Part shown: positions 9,554 through 20,000 of the stretch, in pieces
Layout of the letters: every line of letters starts with the position of its first letter
Position numbering within the stretch: position 1 is the first letter of the stretch
Source: Patescibacteria group bacterium
GTDB taxonomy: Bacteria; Patescibacteriota; Patescibacteriia; Magasanikbacterales; GWA2-37-8
Direction: 5' to 3'
NCBI GenBank assembly: GCA_035289165.1
Contig: DATDYA010000008.1
Location: 572 to 64,571, forward strand
DNA length: 64,000 nt
Position numbers and translations under genes: made by a program
The notes under the pieces: generated by a model
Databases searched by the model: none
Seen by the model: the letters and a program-made list of their open reading frames with translations, nothing else
Told to the model about the DNA's origin: nothing

Positions 9554-12500
9554 ATGTCCATTTACAAGCACAAGCCGGTCTCAACCGACGCCCGCCGTTT
9601 CTTCACCGGCCGAGACAACGTTATGCCGTTGCCTGACTTGATTGAGCTCCAAAAGAACTCCTATGGTTGGTTCTTGAAGTTCGGGGTCAAAGAACTTTTT
9701 GAAGAAGTTTCCCCAATTACCGACTTCACCGGCCGCGATCTAGAACTTTATCTTGAAGATTACTATTTGGACGAACCACGTTTTGACGAAGTTGTTTGCC
9801 GTACTCGTAATATTACTTTCGAAGCCCCGCTTCGTATTACCGCTCGTTTGGTCAACAAGCGAACCGGTCAGTCTAAATCTCAAGAAATCTATTTGGGTGA
9901 AATCCCGGTTATGACCAACCGGGGTACTTTTATTGTTAACGGTATTGAGCGTGTTGTTGTATCTCAGCTTATTCGTAGTGCTGGTGCTTTCTTCACCGCC
10001 GAAAACGTTCGTGGTCGTCGTTACTATGGTGCCAAGATCATCCCGAATCGTGGAGCCTGGATCGAAATCGAAACGGACATGAATAACGTTTTGTGGGTAA
10101 AAGTAGATCGCAAAAGAAAAGTGGCTGCTACCTCTATCCTCCGTGCCTTTGGCTATGAGGGCGATGAAGAAATTAAAAAAATGTTTGAAGACGTTAATAC
10201 CAATCCTCACGTGGATTATGTTGACGCCACAATTAAAAAAGATTTGGCCAAGAGCCGCGACGAAGGTTTAATCGAGGTCTACAAGAGAATTCGTCCCGGG
10301 GATCTTGCGACAGCTGACAACGCCAAGAGTTTGATCGAAGCCATGTTCTTCAATTTCGAACGTTATGACCTTGGTCGTGTTGGTGTCTACAAATTCAACA
10401 CCAAATTTGACCTCGGTTACACTGAAGGAGATTTTGATCAAAAAGATAATCGAGTTTTAAGTCCAGAAAAATTATTACTTGTTTTAAAAGAAGTTGTCCG
10501 CTTGAACGTTACCCAAGAAGAACCAGATGATGTTGATCATCTTGGCAACCGCCGCGTTCGTTCAGTCGGTGAACTAGTCCAGAACCGTTTCCGTATTGGT
10601 TTAGCTCGCATGGAACGTATCATTAAAGATCGCATGAGTACTTATGACGTCGAGCAGTTAAGTCCTAATAAACTTATTAACGCCCGACCGGTGACGAGCG
10701 CGATCCGTGAATTCTTTATGAGTTCACAGTTGTCACAGTTCATGGACCAGACCAATCCTTTGTCTGAACTCGAACACAAACGCCGTTTGTCCGCTCTTGG
10801 CCCCGGTGGTTTGTCCCGCGACCGCGCCGGTTTCGAAGTGCGCGACGTGCACACGACACACTATGGTCGCATCTGTCCGATCGCTACCCCCGAAGGTCCA
10901 AACATTGGTTTGGTTAACCACCTAGCTAGTTATGCTCGGATCAACGAGTTTGGGTTTATCGAAACACCTTACCGTAAGATTTTGCGTGACGTAAACAACG
11001 ACCCAAAACTTTTGGTTGGTGAAATTTTACGCGGAGACATCGAGGGTATAAAAGATGGTGCCAAGATTACCGAAGAAGTGGCTAAGAAACTTGGTAAATC
11101 CACTTTAAAAACCATTCCGGTTAAACCCCGGATGACCAATGAAATTGTTTACTTAAATTCTTTTAAAGAAGAAAAAGTTATTACCGCCGCCGCTTCCACC
11201 AAGGTAGATCCGGATGGATATTTTGTTGACGAAACAATCGCCGCTCGCGTTAACGGTAAGGCCGGTGTCGCTAAAAGTGAAGATTTAGAATATTTGGATG
11301 TTGCCCCTCACCAAATTGTAAGCATCGCGACTGCTTGTATCCCTTTCCTCGAACATGATGACGCGACCCGCGCTCTCATGGGTACAAACATGCAACGTCA
11401 GGCCGTGCCGTGTATTAGTCCGGAACCACCATTGGTGGGAACCGGTGTTGAACGTGAAGCCGCTCTGTATACTGGCCACATCGTTATCGCGGATTGCGAC
11501 GGTGAAATCACTGAAGTCGATGGCAGTAAAATAGTTTTGACTGGCAAGAAAGGTGAAAAGTTTACTTACAATTTAAATAAGTTTATCCGCTCTAACTCTT
11601 CGACTTGTATCAACCAACACCCCAGTATTAATGTTGGCGACAAGATCAAGAAGGGACAGGTTTTGTCTGATGGTCCATCAGTCCGTGACGGTGAAATGGC
11701 TTTAGGCCGAAATGTTTTGGTCGGCTACATGGTCTGGGATGGCTTCAATTACGAAGACGCGGTTGTCATTTCCGAGCGCGTTGTGCAGAGAGATGCTTAC
11801 ACCTCCATCCACATTGAAGATTATAAAATAGATGTTCGTGAAACTAAACTGGGACCAGAAGTTGTGACTTCAGATATCCCGAATGTTAGTGAAGAAAAAT
11901 TAAAAAATTTGGACAGTGAAGGGGTTGTCCGCATTGGCGCTGAAGTAAAATCCGGCGACATTTTAGTTGGTAAGATTACTCCTAAAGGTGAGACGGAATT
12001 AAGCGCGGAAGAAAGATTGCTCCGCGCCATCTTTGGCGAGAAAGCTCGCGATGTGCGCGACTCCTCACTTTACTTAGAGCACGGTGAGCACGGAAAAGTA
12101 ATCGGCATTCAGATTTTCTCGGCTGAAGCGGGTGACAAATTAGAACCCGGGGTTATTAAACAAGTTCAGGTCACGGTCGCGGATATGCGCAAGGTCCAAG
12201 TTGGTGACAAAATGTCTGGTCGCCATGGTAACAAAGGTGTTATCTCTAAAGTAGTGCCGGTCGCTGACATGCCGTTCTTAGAAGATGGTACTCCACTCGA
12301 CATTATTTTGTCCCCACTCGGCGTTATCTCTCGTATGAACCTGGGTCAGCTTTTAGAAAACCATCTTGGTTTAGCCGCCAATGCTCTTGGTTACAAAGTA
12401 GCGACTCCGGTTTTGGATGGTATGAATGAAGAGCAGATTAAAACTGAATTAAAGAAAGCTGGTTTGCCAGATGGTGGCCAAGTCATCTTGTACGATGGAC

Positions 12501-12979
12501 GTACTGGTGAGGCTTTCGACAATCCCGTCACCATTGGTTACAACTACATGTTGAAGTTGAACCACATGGTTGAAGACAAGATTCACCAACGTTCCATCGG
12601 TCCCTACAGCTTGATCACCCAACAACCTTTGGGTGGTAAGGCGCAGTTTGGTGGCCAGAGGTTTGGTGAAATGGAAGTTTGGGCTTTGGAAGCCTATGGT
12701 GCCGCCCATACTTTGCAAGAAATGTTAACCATTAAATCCGACGATGTCCCTGGCCGCTCCAAAGCCTACGAAGCGATCATTAAAGGTGAGCAAGTTAGCC
12801 GGGTAAACATTCCTGAATCATTTAACGTCTTGGTCCGCGAACTTAAAGGTCTGGGCCTCGATGTCGAGTTACTTAGCCGTAGTGAGTCTGGCCAGTATTT
12901 GCCAACGGAAGAAGTAAAAAGAGCCAAAGCCGAATCTGAAGAATCGGCTCCGGTGGAAGCACCGGTTCAAGCCGAGTAA
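9554..12979 (+). CDS. rpoB: DNA-directed RNA polymerase subunit beta
   Basis: 1141 aa with conserved beta-subunit blocks (GEMEVWALEAYGAAH..., NMQRQAVP, rifampicin-region FFMSSQLSQFMDQTNPLSELEHKRRLSALGPGGL). Confidence 0.97.
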   Translation: MSIYKHKPVSTDARRFFTGRDNVMPLPDLIELQKNSYGWFLKFGVKELFEEVSPITDFTGRDLELYLEDYYLDEPRFDEVVCRTRNITFEAPLRITARLVNKRTGQSKSQEIYLGEIPVMTNRGTFIVNGIERVVVSQLIRSAGAFFTAENVRGRRYYGAKIIPNRGAWIEIETDMNNVLWVKVDRKRKVAATSILRAFGYEGDEEIKKMFEDVNTNPHVDYVDATIKKDLAKSRDEGLIEVYKRIRPGDLATADNAKSLIEAMFFNFERYDLGRVGVYKFNTKFDLGYTEGDFDQKDNRVLSPEKLLLVLKEVVRLNVTQEEPDDVDHLGNRRVRSVGELVQNRFRIGLARMERIIKDRMSTYDVEQLSPNKLINARPVTSAIREFFMSSQLSQFMDQTNPLSELEHKRRLSALGPGGLSRDRAGFEVRDVHTTHYGRICPIATPEGPNIGLVNHLASYARINEFGFIETPYRKILRDVNNDPKLLVGEILRGDIEGIKDGAKITEEVAKKLGKSTLKTIPVKPRMTNEIVYLNSFKEEKVITAAASTKVDPDGYFVDETIAARVNGKAGVAKSEDLEYLDVAPHQIVSIATACIPFLEHDDATRALMGTNMQRQAVPCISPEPPLVGTGVEREAALYTGHIVIADCDGEITEVDGSKIVLTGKKGEKFTYNLNKFIRSNSSTCINQHPSINVGDKIKKGQVLSDGPSVRDGEMALGRNVLVGYMVWDGFNYEDAVVISERVVQRDAYTSIHIEDYKIDVRETKLGPEVVTSDIPNVSEEKLKNLDSEGVVRIGAEVKSGDILVGKITPKGETELSAEERLLRAIFGEKARDVRDSSLYLEHGEHGKVIGIQIFSAEAGDKLEPGVIKQVQVTVADMRKVQVGDKMSGRHGNKGVISKVVPVADMPFLEDGTPLDIILSPLGVISRMNLGQLLENHLGLAANALGYKVATPVLDGMNEEQIKTELKKAGLPDGGQVILYDGRTGEAFDNPVTIGYNYMLKLNHMVEDKIHQRSIGPYSLITQQPLGGKAQFGGQRFGEMEVWALEAYGAAHTLQEMLTIKSDDVPGRSKAYEAIIKGEQVSRVNIPESFNVLVRELKGLGLDVELLSRSESGQYLPTEEVKRAKAESEESAPVEAPVQAE

Positions 12980-13005
12980 CGGCTTTCACTCACCTAAAAT
13001 AATAC

Positions 13006-16000
13006 ATGAATACTATGTCACGCGACTCACTCCATTCCATTGACTTTGATGCCATCCGCTTAAAGCTGGCTTCACCAGAAGTCATTCGTAATTGGTCTTA
13101 CGGTGAAGTAAACAAGCCGGAGACCATTAACTACCGCACCCAGAAGCCAGAAAAAGGCGGGTTATTTGCCGAAGAAATATTTGGCCCAACCAAAGATTGG
13201 GAATGTTATTGCGGAAAATACAAGAAGATTAGATATAAAGGAATTGTTTGCGACAAGTGTGGTGTCGAAGTTACCCATTCTCTGGTTCGTCGTGAACGCA
13301 TGGGCCACATTGAACTCGCTGCTCCCGTATCCCACATCTGGTTCTTACGCTCCGTTCCTTCTAAAGTTGGTTTGGTCTTAGATCTTTCGGCTCAAGCTTT
13401 GGAAAAAGTTATCTACTTTGCCTCATTCGTTATTACTCACGTTGACGAAGAAGGCCGCAAGGCTGCTTCCGATCAGTTGCGCCAGGAATACAAATCCAAA
13501 CGCAAACAGATTGAACGCGAGTTAGAGCAGGCGATCCAAAAATTGAACGACGAAAAAGCTGGCAAAACTGCTTTGGACGCCGTTCAGCAAGAATCCGAAA
13601 GAAAAACCAAAGCTTTGGAAGCCGACTTTCAACAGGCTGACAAAGAATTAAAGGAAATTCAAGTCATGAAGATCGTTTCGGAAAATCGTTATCAGGAACT
13701 ATCTTTACGCTATGGTCACTTGTTCGAAGCCTCAATCGGTGCTGAAGCCGTTCGCAATTTGTTAGAGCGCATTGATCTTGACGAAACCATTAAGCGTTTA
13801 ACCGAAGAACAGCAAACTGCTAAGGGTGCGAAGCGTGAAAGAATCATCCGCCGCAAGAAACTTTTAAAGAGTTTGTTCATGACCGGCATTCGTCCCGAAT
13901 GGATGATCATGTTAAACATCCCGGTTATCCCGCCAGACTTGCGTCCAATGGTAGCGCTCGATGGTGGTCGGTTTGCGACCAGCGACCTAAACGATTTGTA
14001 TCGCCGGGTTATTAACCGCAACAACCGTTTAAGAAGGTTAAATGAGTTAGACGCCCCAGAAGTAATCTGCCGCAATGAAAAAAGAATGTTGCAAGAAGCA
14101 GTTGATGCTTTAATCGACAACAGCGCTCGTCATTCCAAGACTGTTACTGCCTCGACTGGCCAAAAGAGGCAGCTCCGTTCTTTGGCTGACATCCTAAAAG
14201 GTAAACAAGGCCGTTTCCGTCAGAACCTTTTGGGTAAACGCGTTGACTACTCTGGTCGTTCGGTAATCGTCGTTGGTCCAAACTTAAACATTGATCAATG
14301 TGGTTTACCAAAACGCATGGCCTTGGAACTATTTAAACCGTTTATCATTAGCGAAATCATTAAACGCGAATTAGCGCACAATGTTAGGAGCGCTAGCCGA
14401 TTCATTGAATCCGAGCGTGACGAGGTTTGGGACATTCTCGAAGAACTAACTAAAACTACTCGCGTTCTTTTGAACCGCGCGCCAACTTTGCATCGCTTGG
14501 GTATCCAAGCTTTTCATCCCCGTCTTATCGAAGGTAAAGCCATCCAGTTGCATCCTTTAGTTTGTACCGCTTTCAATGCTGACTTCGACGGTGACCAAAT
14601 GGCCGTACACTTGCCTTTGACTTTGGAAGCCCGGGCCGAAGCCGACAATCTAATGGCCGCGGAAAAGAACCTGTTGAAGCCAGCCACCGGTCAACCGGTT
14701 ATTACCCCTAAGCAAGACATTGCCCTCGGTTGTTTCTACCTAACTCATCACAAGACCGACGATACTGCTCCGATTAAAAAGTTCTTCTCTTCTCCCAAGG
14801 AAGCCATGTTGGCTTACAAGAGCCGGATCATTACTTTGCACGAACGCATCAAGGTTCGTATTAGTGAAGGATTAGAAAAACACGGCAAAACCGAACCGTT
14901 CCTTTTGGAAACCTCGGTTGGCCGAACTATTTTCAACGAAGTAGTTCCGGAGAAGTTGCCATATTACAATGAAACTATTAACGTTAAAAAACTAGCCCAG
15001 ATTATCCGCCTATCTCTTGAAATTCATGATCAGGAAGTGACTGCTCACTTTTTGGATGATTTAAAAAACATGGGCTACAAATATGTGACCAAGTCTGGTT
15101 ATTCCCTTGGTATGAACAACTTCCCACGTATTGACGAAAAGCCCGCTATTTTAAAAGCCAGCGATGCCCGGGTTCAAGAAGTGGAAGAACAATACCAAGA
15201 AGGTTTGTTAACCCAGGCCGAACGACGCGCGAAGATTTTGGAAATCTGGACTGAAGCTAAAGAAAAGATCTTGGCCAACAACCAAGCAACTTTGGATAAG
15301 AATGGTCCCGTCTTCGCCATGATCGATTCCGGTGCCCGTGGTACTTGGGGCCAGTTGGGTCAGGTTATTGGTATGAAAGGTTTGGTGGTGTCTCCATCTG
15401 GCGACATTATTGAATTGCCGGTTAAAGGTAACTTTAAAGAAGGCTTTGACGTCTTGGAATTCTTTATTTCTTCCCACGGTACCCGTAAAGGTTTGTCAGA
15501 TACCGCTCTTCGTACCGCGAACGCTGGTTACCTAACCCGTCGTTTGGTCGATGTCTCTCAAGATGTCGTTGTCCTTGAAGACGATTGTGGAGATGACATT
15601 GGTGAAATCTTTACCGAAGCCCAATCTAAAGAAATGGGTGAAAAACTTGCCGATCGTGTTTGGGGTCGGTATGTTTTAGCCGATGTTAAAGCGGGTAACA
15701 AAGTAATCCTAAAATCTGGCGGTGTCATTACCGACCAGATTGCCCGTGAAATTGAATCTGCCGGTGTTACCACTGTCCATGTGCGTAGTGTTTTACAATG
15801 CCATTTACCAAAAGGCGTTTGCCGTAAGTGTTATGGCTTTGACTTGGCTCACAATGCGCCAGCGGAAATTGGTGTCGCGGTTGGTGTCATTGCCGCCCAG
15901 TCGATCGGTGAACCAGGTACCCAGTTAACGCTTCGTACCTTCCATACCGGTGGTGTTATGGGTGGAGATATTACTCAAGGTTTACCTCGTGTCGAAGAAT

Positions 16001-16890
16001 TGTTTGAATCTCGTGCTCCTAAACACCAAGCTGTCCTCGCTGAAGTAGAGGGTGCGGTTGAAATAGATGATGCGGACGGAAAAGTCATTACCTCCGCTTC
16101 TGGTAAGAAAATCTTTGAAGGTCGCCGTGGTCAGAAGATTATTCGTATCAAGTTCGAAGGGATGGAAGAAATGAAGTTGAAATTTACCGAGGGAGATGAA
16201 GTTGAAGTGAAAGATGGTGATACCGTTAACAAAGATCAAGTTTTGGTGGTTCGTGGTGGTTCGGGTGAAGAAATCACTGCTAAATACAGCGGGACGGTAA
16301 AAATTACCAAGAACACTGTCACCTTAAGTTATGAAGGACCGAAAGTGCGTGAGTACATCGTACCATTGGGTTACAAACTGGTAGTTCAAGATGGTCATAA
16401 GGTAGAAAAAGGTGATCGTCTAACCGATGGCAGTATTAATCTCCAAGATCTCTTTGAACTAAAGGGCCGTCCGGCTGTTCAGAGGTATGTTTTGGAAGAA
16501 GTACAGAACATCTATTCTTCCCAAGGTCAGAAGGTTAACGACAAGCATGTTGAGATCATTATCCGCCAAATGTTCAGTCGTGTCTATGTCGAAGATGCTG
16601 GGGATACCGATTTATTACCCGGCGAAGTTGTAGAAAAAGCCCAGTTAGAAATCTCCAATCGCTTAGCGAAAAAAGATGGCGGTAAAACCGCCACTTGCCG
16701 CGAACTGTTGCTCGGTGTTTCTCGTGTCGCCTTGTCTACCCAGAGCTTCTTGTCTTCAGCTTCCTTCCAGGAAACTGCCAAGGTGCTTATTAACACCGCG
16801 ATTACTGGTAAAATTGACTACCTTGAAGGCCTGAAAGAGAATGTTATTATCGGTCGTCTTATCCCGGCTGGGACCGGTTTTAAAGGTTAA
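13006..16890 (+). CDS. rpoC: DNA-directed RNA polymerase subunit beta'
   Basis: 1294 aa with an N-terminal zinc finger (CYCGKYKK...CDKCGVEV), the NADFDGDQMAVH catalytic motif and the trigger-loop region. Confidence 0.97.
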   Translation: MNTMSRDSLHSIDFDAIRLKLASPEVIRNWSYGEVNKPETINYRTQKPEKGGLFAEEIFGPTKDWECYCGKYKKIRYKGIVCDKCGVEVTHSLVRRERMGHIELAAPVSHIWFLRSVPSKVGLVLDLSAQALEKVIYFASFVITHVDEEGRKAASDQLRQEYKSKRKQIERELEQAIQKLNDEKAGKTALDAVQQESERKTKALEADFQQADKELKEIQVMKIVSENRYQELSLRYGHLFEASIGAEAVRNLLERIDLDETIKRLTEEQQTAKGAKRERIIRRKKLLKSLFMTGIRPEWMIMLNIPVIPPDLRPMVALDGGRFATSDLNDLYRRVINRNNRLRRLNELDAPEVICRNEKRMLQEAVDALIDNSARHSKTVTASTGQKRQLRSLADILKGKQGRFRQNLLGKRVDYSGRSVIVVGPNLNIDQCGLPKRMALELFKPFIISEIIKRELAHNVRSASRFIESERDEVWDILEELTKTTRVLLNRAPTLHRLGIQAFHPRLIEGKAIQLHPLVCTAFNADFDGDQMAVHLPLTLEARAEADNLMAAEKNLLKPATGQPVITPKQDIALGCFYLTHHKTDDTAPIKKFFSSPKEAMLAYKSRIITLHERIKVRISEGLEKHGKTEPFLLETSVGRTIFNEVVPEKLPYYNETINVKKLAQIIRLSLEIHDQEVTAHFLDDLKNMGYKYVTKSGYSLGMNNFPRIDEKPAILKASDARVQEVEEQYQEGLLTQAERRAKILEIWTEAKEKILANNQATLDKNGPVFAMIDSGARGTWGQLGQVIGMKGLVVSPSGDIIELPVKGNFKEGFDVLEFFISSHGTRKGLSDTALRTANAGYLTRRLVDVSQDVVVLEDDCGDDIGEIFTEAQSKEMGEKLADRVWGRYVLADVKAGNKVILKSGGVITDQIAREIESAGVTTVHVRSVLQCHLPKGVCRKCYGFDLAHNAPAEIGVAVGVIAAQSIGEPGTQLTLRTFHTGGVMGGDITQGLPRVEELFESRAPKHQAVLAEVEGAVEIDDADGKVITSASGKKIFEGRRGQKIIRIKFEGMEEMKLKFTEGDEVEVKDGDTVNKDQVLVVRGGSGEEITAKYSGTVKITKNTVTLSYEGPKVREYIVPLGYKLVVQDGHKVEKGDRLTDGSINLQDLFELKGRPAVQRYVLEEVQNIYSSQGQKVNDKHVEIIIRQMFSRVYVEDAGDTDLLPGEVVEKAQLEISNRLAKKDGGKTATCRELLLGVSRVALSTQSFLSSASFQETAKVLINTAITGKIDYLEGLKENVIIGRLIPAGTGFKG

Positions 16891-16915
16891 GGTCTTTTAA
16901 TTACATAGTAGTTTT

Positions 16916-16955
16916 AAAATGCCCTCGGTGAAAATTCACCCGGGGCATTTTTATG
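16916..16955 (+). terminator. Intrinsic terminator after rpoC
   Basis: Long imperfect hairpin ATGCCC..GGTGAA..TTCACC..GGGCAT followed by TTTTT. Confidence 0.65.
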
Positions 16956-17039
16956 TTCTTTTGTTACATATAAGATTTCTGGACCTTGCCGAACCTCAGT
17001 CGTTTTGTTAATATACTCGCATACGTTTTTAAGTAATTT

Positions 17040-20000
17040 ATGATTGAAAAATACCCAGATTTAGAAAGCCTTCAGTCCGAGGCGATTGAGTTAGACAGGA
17101 GGGGGTCAGAACTAAAACGGAAAGGCCTGGCCTCTAGTATCCAAGAAGGGGTCGACTTAGAAGTCCTTAAAGAAAAAAGTATAAAAAAAGCGAAGAATGA
17201 ACTTAGCCCAACCGAACAAAAAAGAGATGAAAAAAGCGGGGAGGCCTATTATTTTAATCCAGAAGATGAATTTAATACAGAAATTTATTTAGAATTTCTT
17301 CGAAGACGCGATTTAAAAATTGAACAAGCGGCCAAGAGAAATTTATCTGGGAAAAAGTTTTCTTCCCGAGAAGACTATTTACAAGCATTGGAAACCGAAA
17401 TTCATGAACTAAAATATTTTCCTGTATTTTTTATAAGTGCCCCCCATATCGGGGAGGGTGTAAGCGGGGTTTTTCCGGGCGAGCCAACGCCGTTAATGTA
17501 TGCCACCGCAGTTCTTGATCGTTACTTGCGTACGGACACTTTCCCGGCCGCCTCAAGTCCAGAGGTGACGGCAGTGATGAATCCGGACCAATTTAGCGAT
17601 GAGTTTATACAAAACCTTATCGAAAGAGTTAAAAGAGAAAAACCACGAGTGGTTGGTATAAGTAATACTAGCGAAGGTCATTATTTCGCTATCGAAATAG
17701 CTAAAATAATAAAAATGTATTCGCCTGATACTTTAGTAATATTGGGCGGTTCGCACGAGGATGGTCTTAACGCCGATGCCTATCTTTGTTCTAAACTGCT
17801 GTCTAGTGAGGAAAGTGTTACAGCAATCAAAAGCCAGTCTACCTTGGAAGACAAAAAATCTCGAGGTGTTGTTGACATGGTGGTGGCTGGCGATGCCCCC
17901 TACGCCTTAGCCGAAATTTTTAAATTTATTGCCAACAACCGAGATAAGAACAATAATGAAATTATTGAAAATATTTTAAAAAATCGTGGCATATTCAAAC
18001 AAATTGAAGGCTCTGGTAGTTTAACCGTAAAAGGTTTACAAGGTGAAACTGTGGCGGTGAGTTTAAGTGGAACGCCACTCGACTGGAACAAATTACCTTT
18101 TATGTTTCGCGGAAGGCTTACTAGAGAAAACCGGTTTTCACTTTTTGATAACAAAAAAACCGCTCACGTAATGACTCAAATGGGGTGTAAGTATGGTTGT
18201 GGGTTTTGTATGGAGTCTCTAAACGGAGATTTATATCCCATAAATCGTTTTAGACAACCAAGCACTCAAAAGACTAGTAGAGAGTTAGAAATATTAGTTA
18301 AAGATTATGGATACGAGGCTGTATTTTTTGATGATTCAACTTTCACCCAGAGTCCCAGAAAAACCGAGGAGTTACTCGATGAAATAATTAGTCTTCAAGA
18401 ACGGGAAGTTCGATTCGAGTGGGCGTGTCAAACCGCTTTTGCTGACATACCTCGCAGAGATTTTTTAGAAAAAATGAAAAAAGGAGGGTGTACCTATATA
18501 TATTTTGGCTTTGAGCAACTTGAAGAAGCCGTAGAGGGAAGAAGAAAACAGGTTGACCCGCGCCAAGTTGAAAAAGTACTTCTTTGGTGTAAGGAATTAG
18601 GGATTCGTACTGGCGTGTCTTTACAATTTGGCCTGGCTGGGTTGGGTGAATATAAAAGGACTATTGATTATATCGCCGGTCTTTATGACGACGGTTTGGT
18701 GAGTAAAAATTCTATTGCCATAAATATTAACACGCCTTATCCCGGCACTCGAGAATGGTTGGAAATGGAAAACAGGCCGGATTTTAGCCAAAACCTACGC
18801 CGCCATCCACGGTTCGAATCAGCCCATCAACTATCTAATTTAACGATGGAAAAGGTAAATGAAATTTATGAATATGCTCGGACCAAACTTAATGATGGAT
18901 TAATCGGCGTAGAATATAGTAACCAAGAAATTCAAGCACACCTTGAGAGGTATTCTGGTAAATTCAACCAGGATTTTTATTTTGATAGTTCCCAGTATCA
19001 AAAATTTTTAGAAGGAAAATTGGACGGTGGTTTACACTTGAACCATGCTTCAATTTCTAATCACCCCGGTGAAGTTGGGGAAATAGAAGAAGCGGCTAGT
19101 CAACTTAGTAAAAGAGAAAAAGAAAGGTTATTTGAGTCCGCGAGAGATAGGGCCGCGGAACTCGTGGGTGTAGAGAGAAGTGGTGTTATCTTTGCTCGTA
19201 ATACTACAGAAGCCATGGCTTTAATAGTAAAATTAATCGAGCTCACCAAGGGGGACCACGTTGTTCTGACTGACGCTGAAAATCCTTCCATTGCCCGATT
19301 GTTTGAAGTTAATATGGATCATGGAAATCCTGAAGGTGATGATGGTTGGTCAGCCTACCCCACTTTTTATCATCAACGAGGGAAGAGGTATGGGAAGACC
19401 TTGCCGGAACTTACCGGCGTAAATACGGAGACAATTAGCGTGGTTGAAGAAAATTTAGATGATATCTATCGCAACATCGAATCGAGTCTTACGCCGGACA
19501 CGAAGTGTTTTGTAATAAGTCATGTTATTCGTGATACAGGCGAGGAACTACCGGTAAAAGACATTTGTCAGTTTGTAAAGGACGCAAAAAAAAGGATTAA
19601 CCCCGATGATCCAGAAATATTTGTAATTGTCGATGGAGCCCAGGCCTTAGGTAACTTGCCATATGTGGACTTTAAAGATATTGGGTGTGATGCTTATGTT
19701 GGTACACCTCACAAAACCATGGCAAGCACTCCGGTAGGGCTGGGCTTTTTTGATTCTACTAACCCACGAATTAGAAAAAGAATAGAAAAATTGAGCGGCT
19801 TATTTTGGCAAGATCAGCAGGTAGTATTGTCTGGTATGTTTGATCCAGATCTACGTGTAGAACCAAATGTACCCGATAGTCTGGACTACCGAGATCTATT
19901 GGGTTTTAATTTAGCCCTTGATAGGTTAAAAGCGGCGGGGTATGAAAAAGGTGATTTTAGTAAAATCAACGAAAAACGTCGTGAACTAAAAGACACTTTT

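Noticed and set aside
9740-10210. 156-aa minus-strand ORF inside rpoB, and similar antisense ORFs in rpoB/rpoC (10642-10921, 11285-11479, 12449-12718, 13716-14120, 15208-16239)
   Set aside because: They are embedded antisense in highly conserved RNAP genes, have no motifs and are chance open frames.
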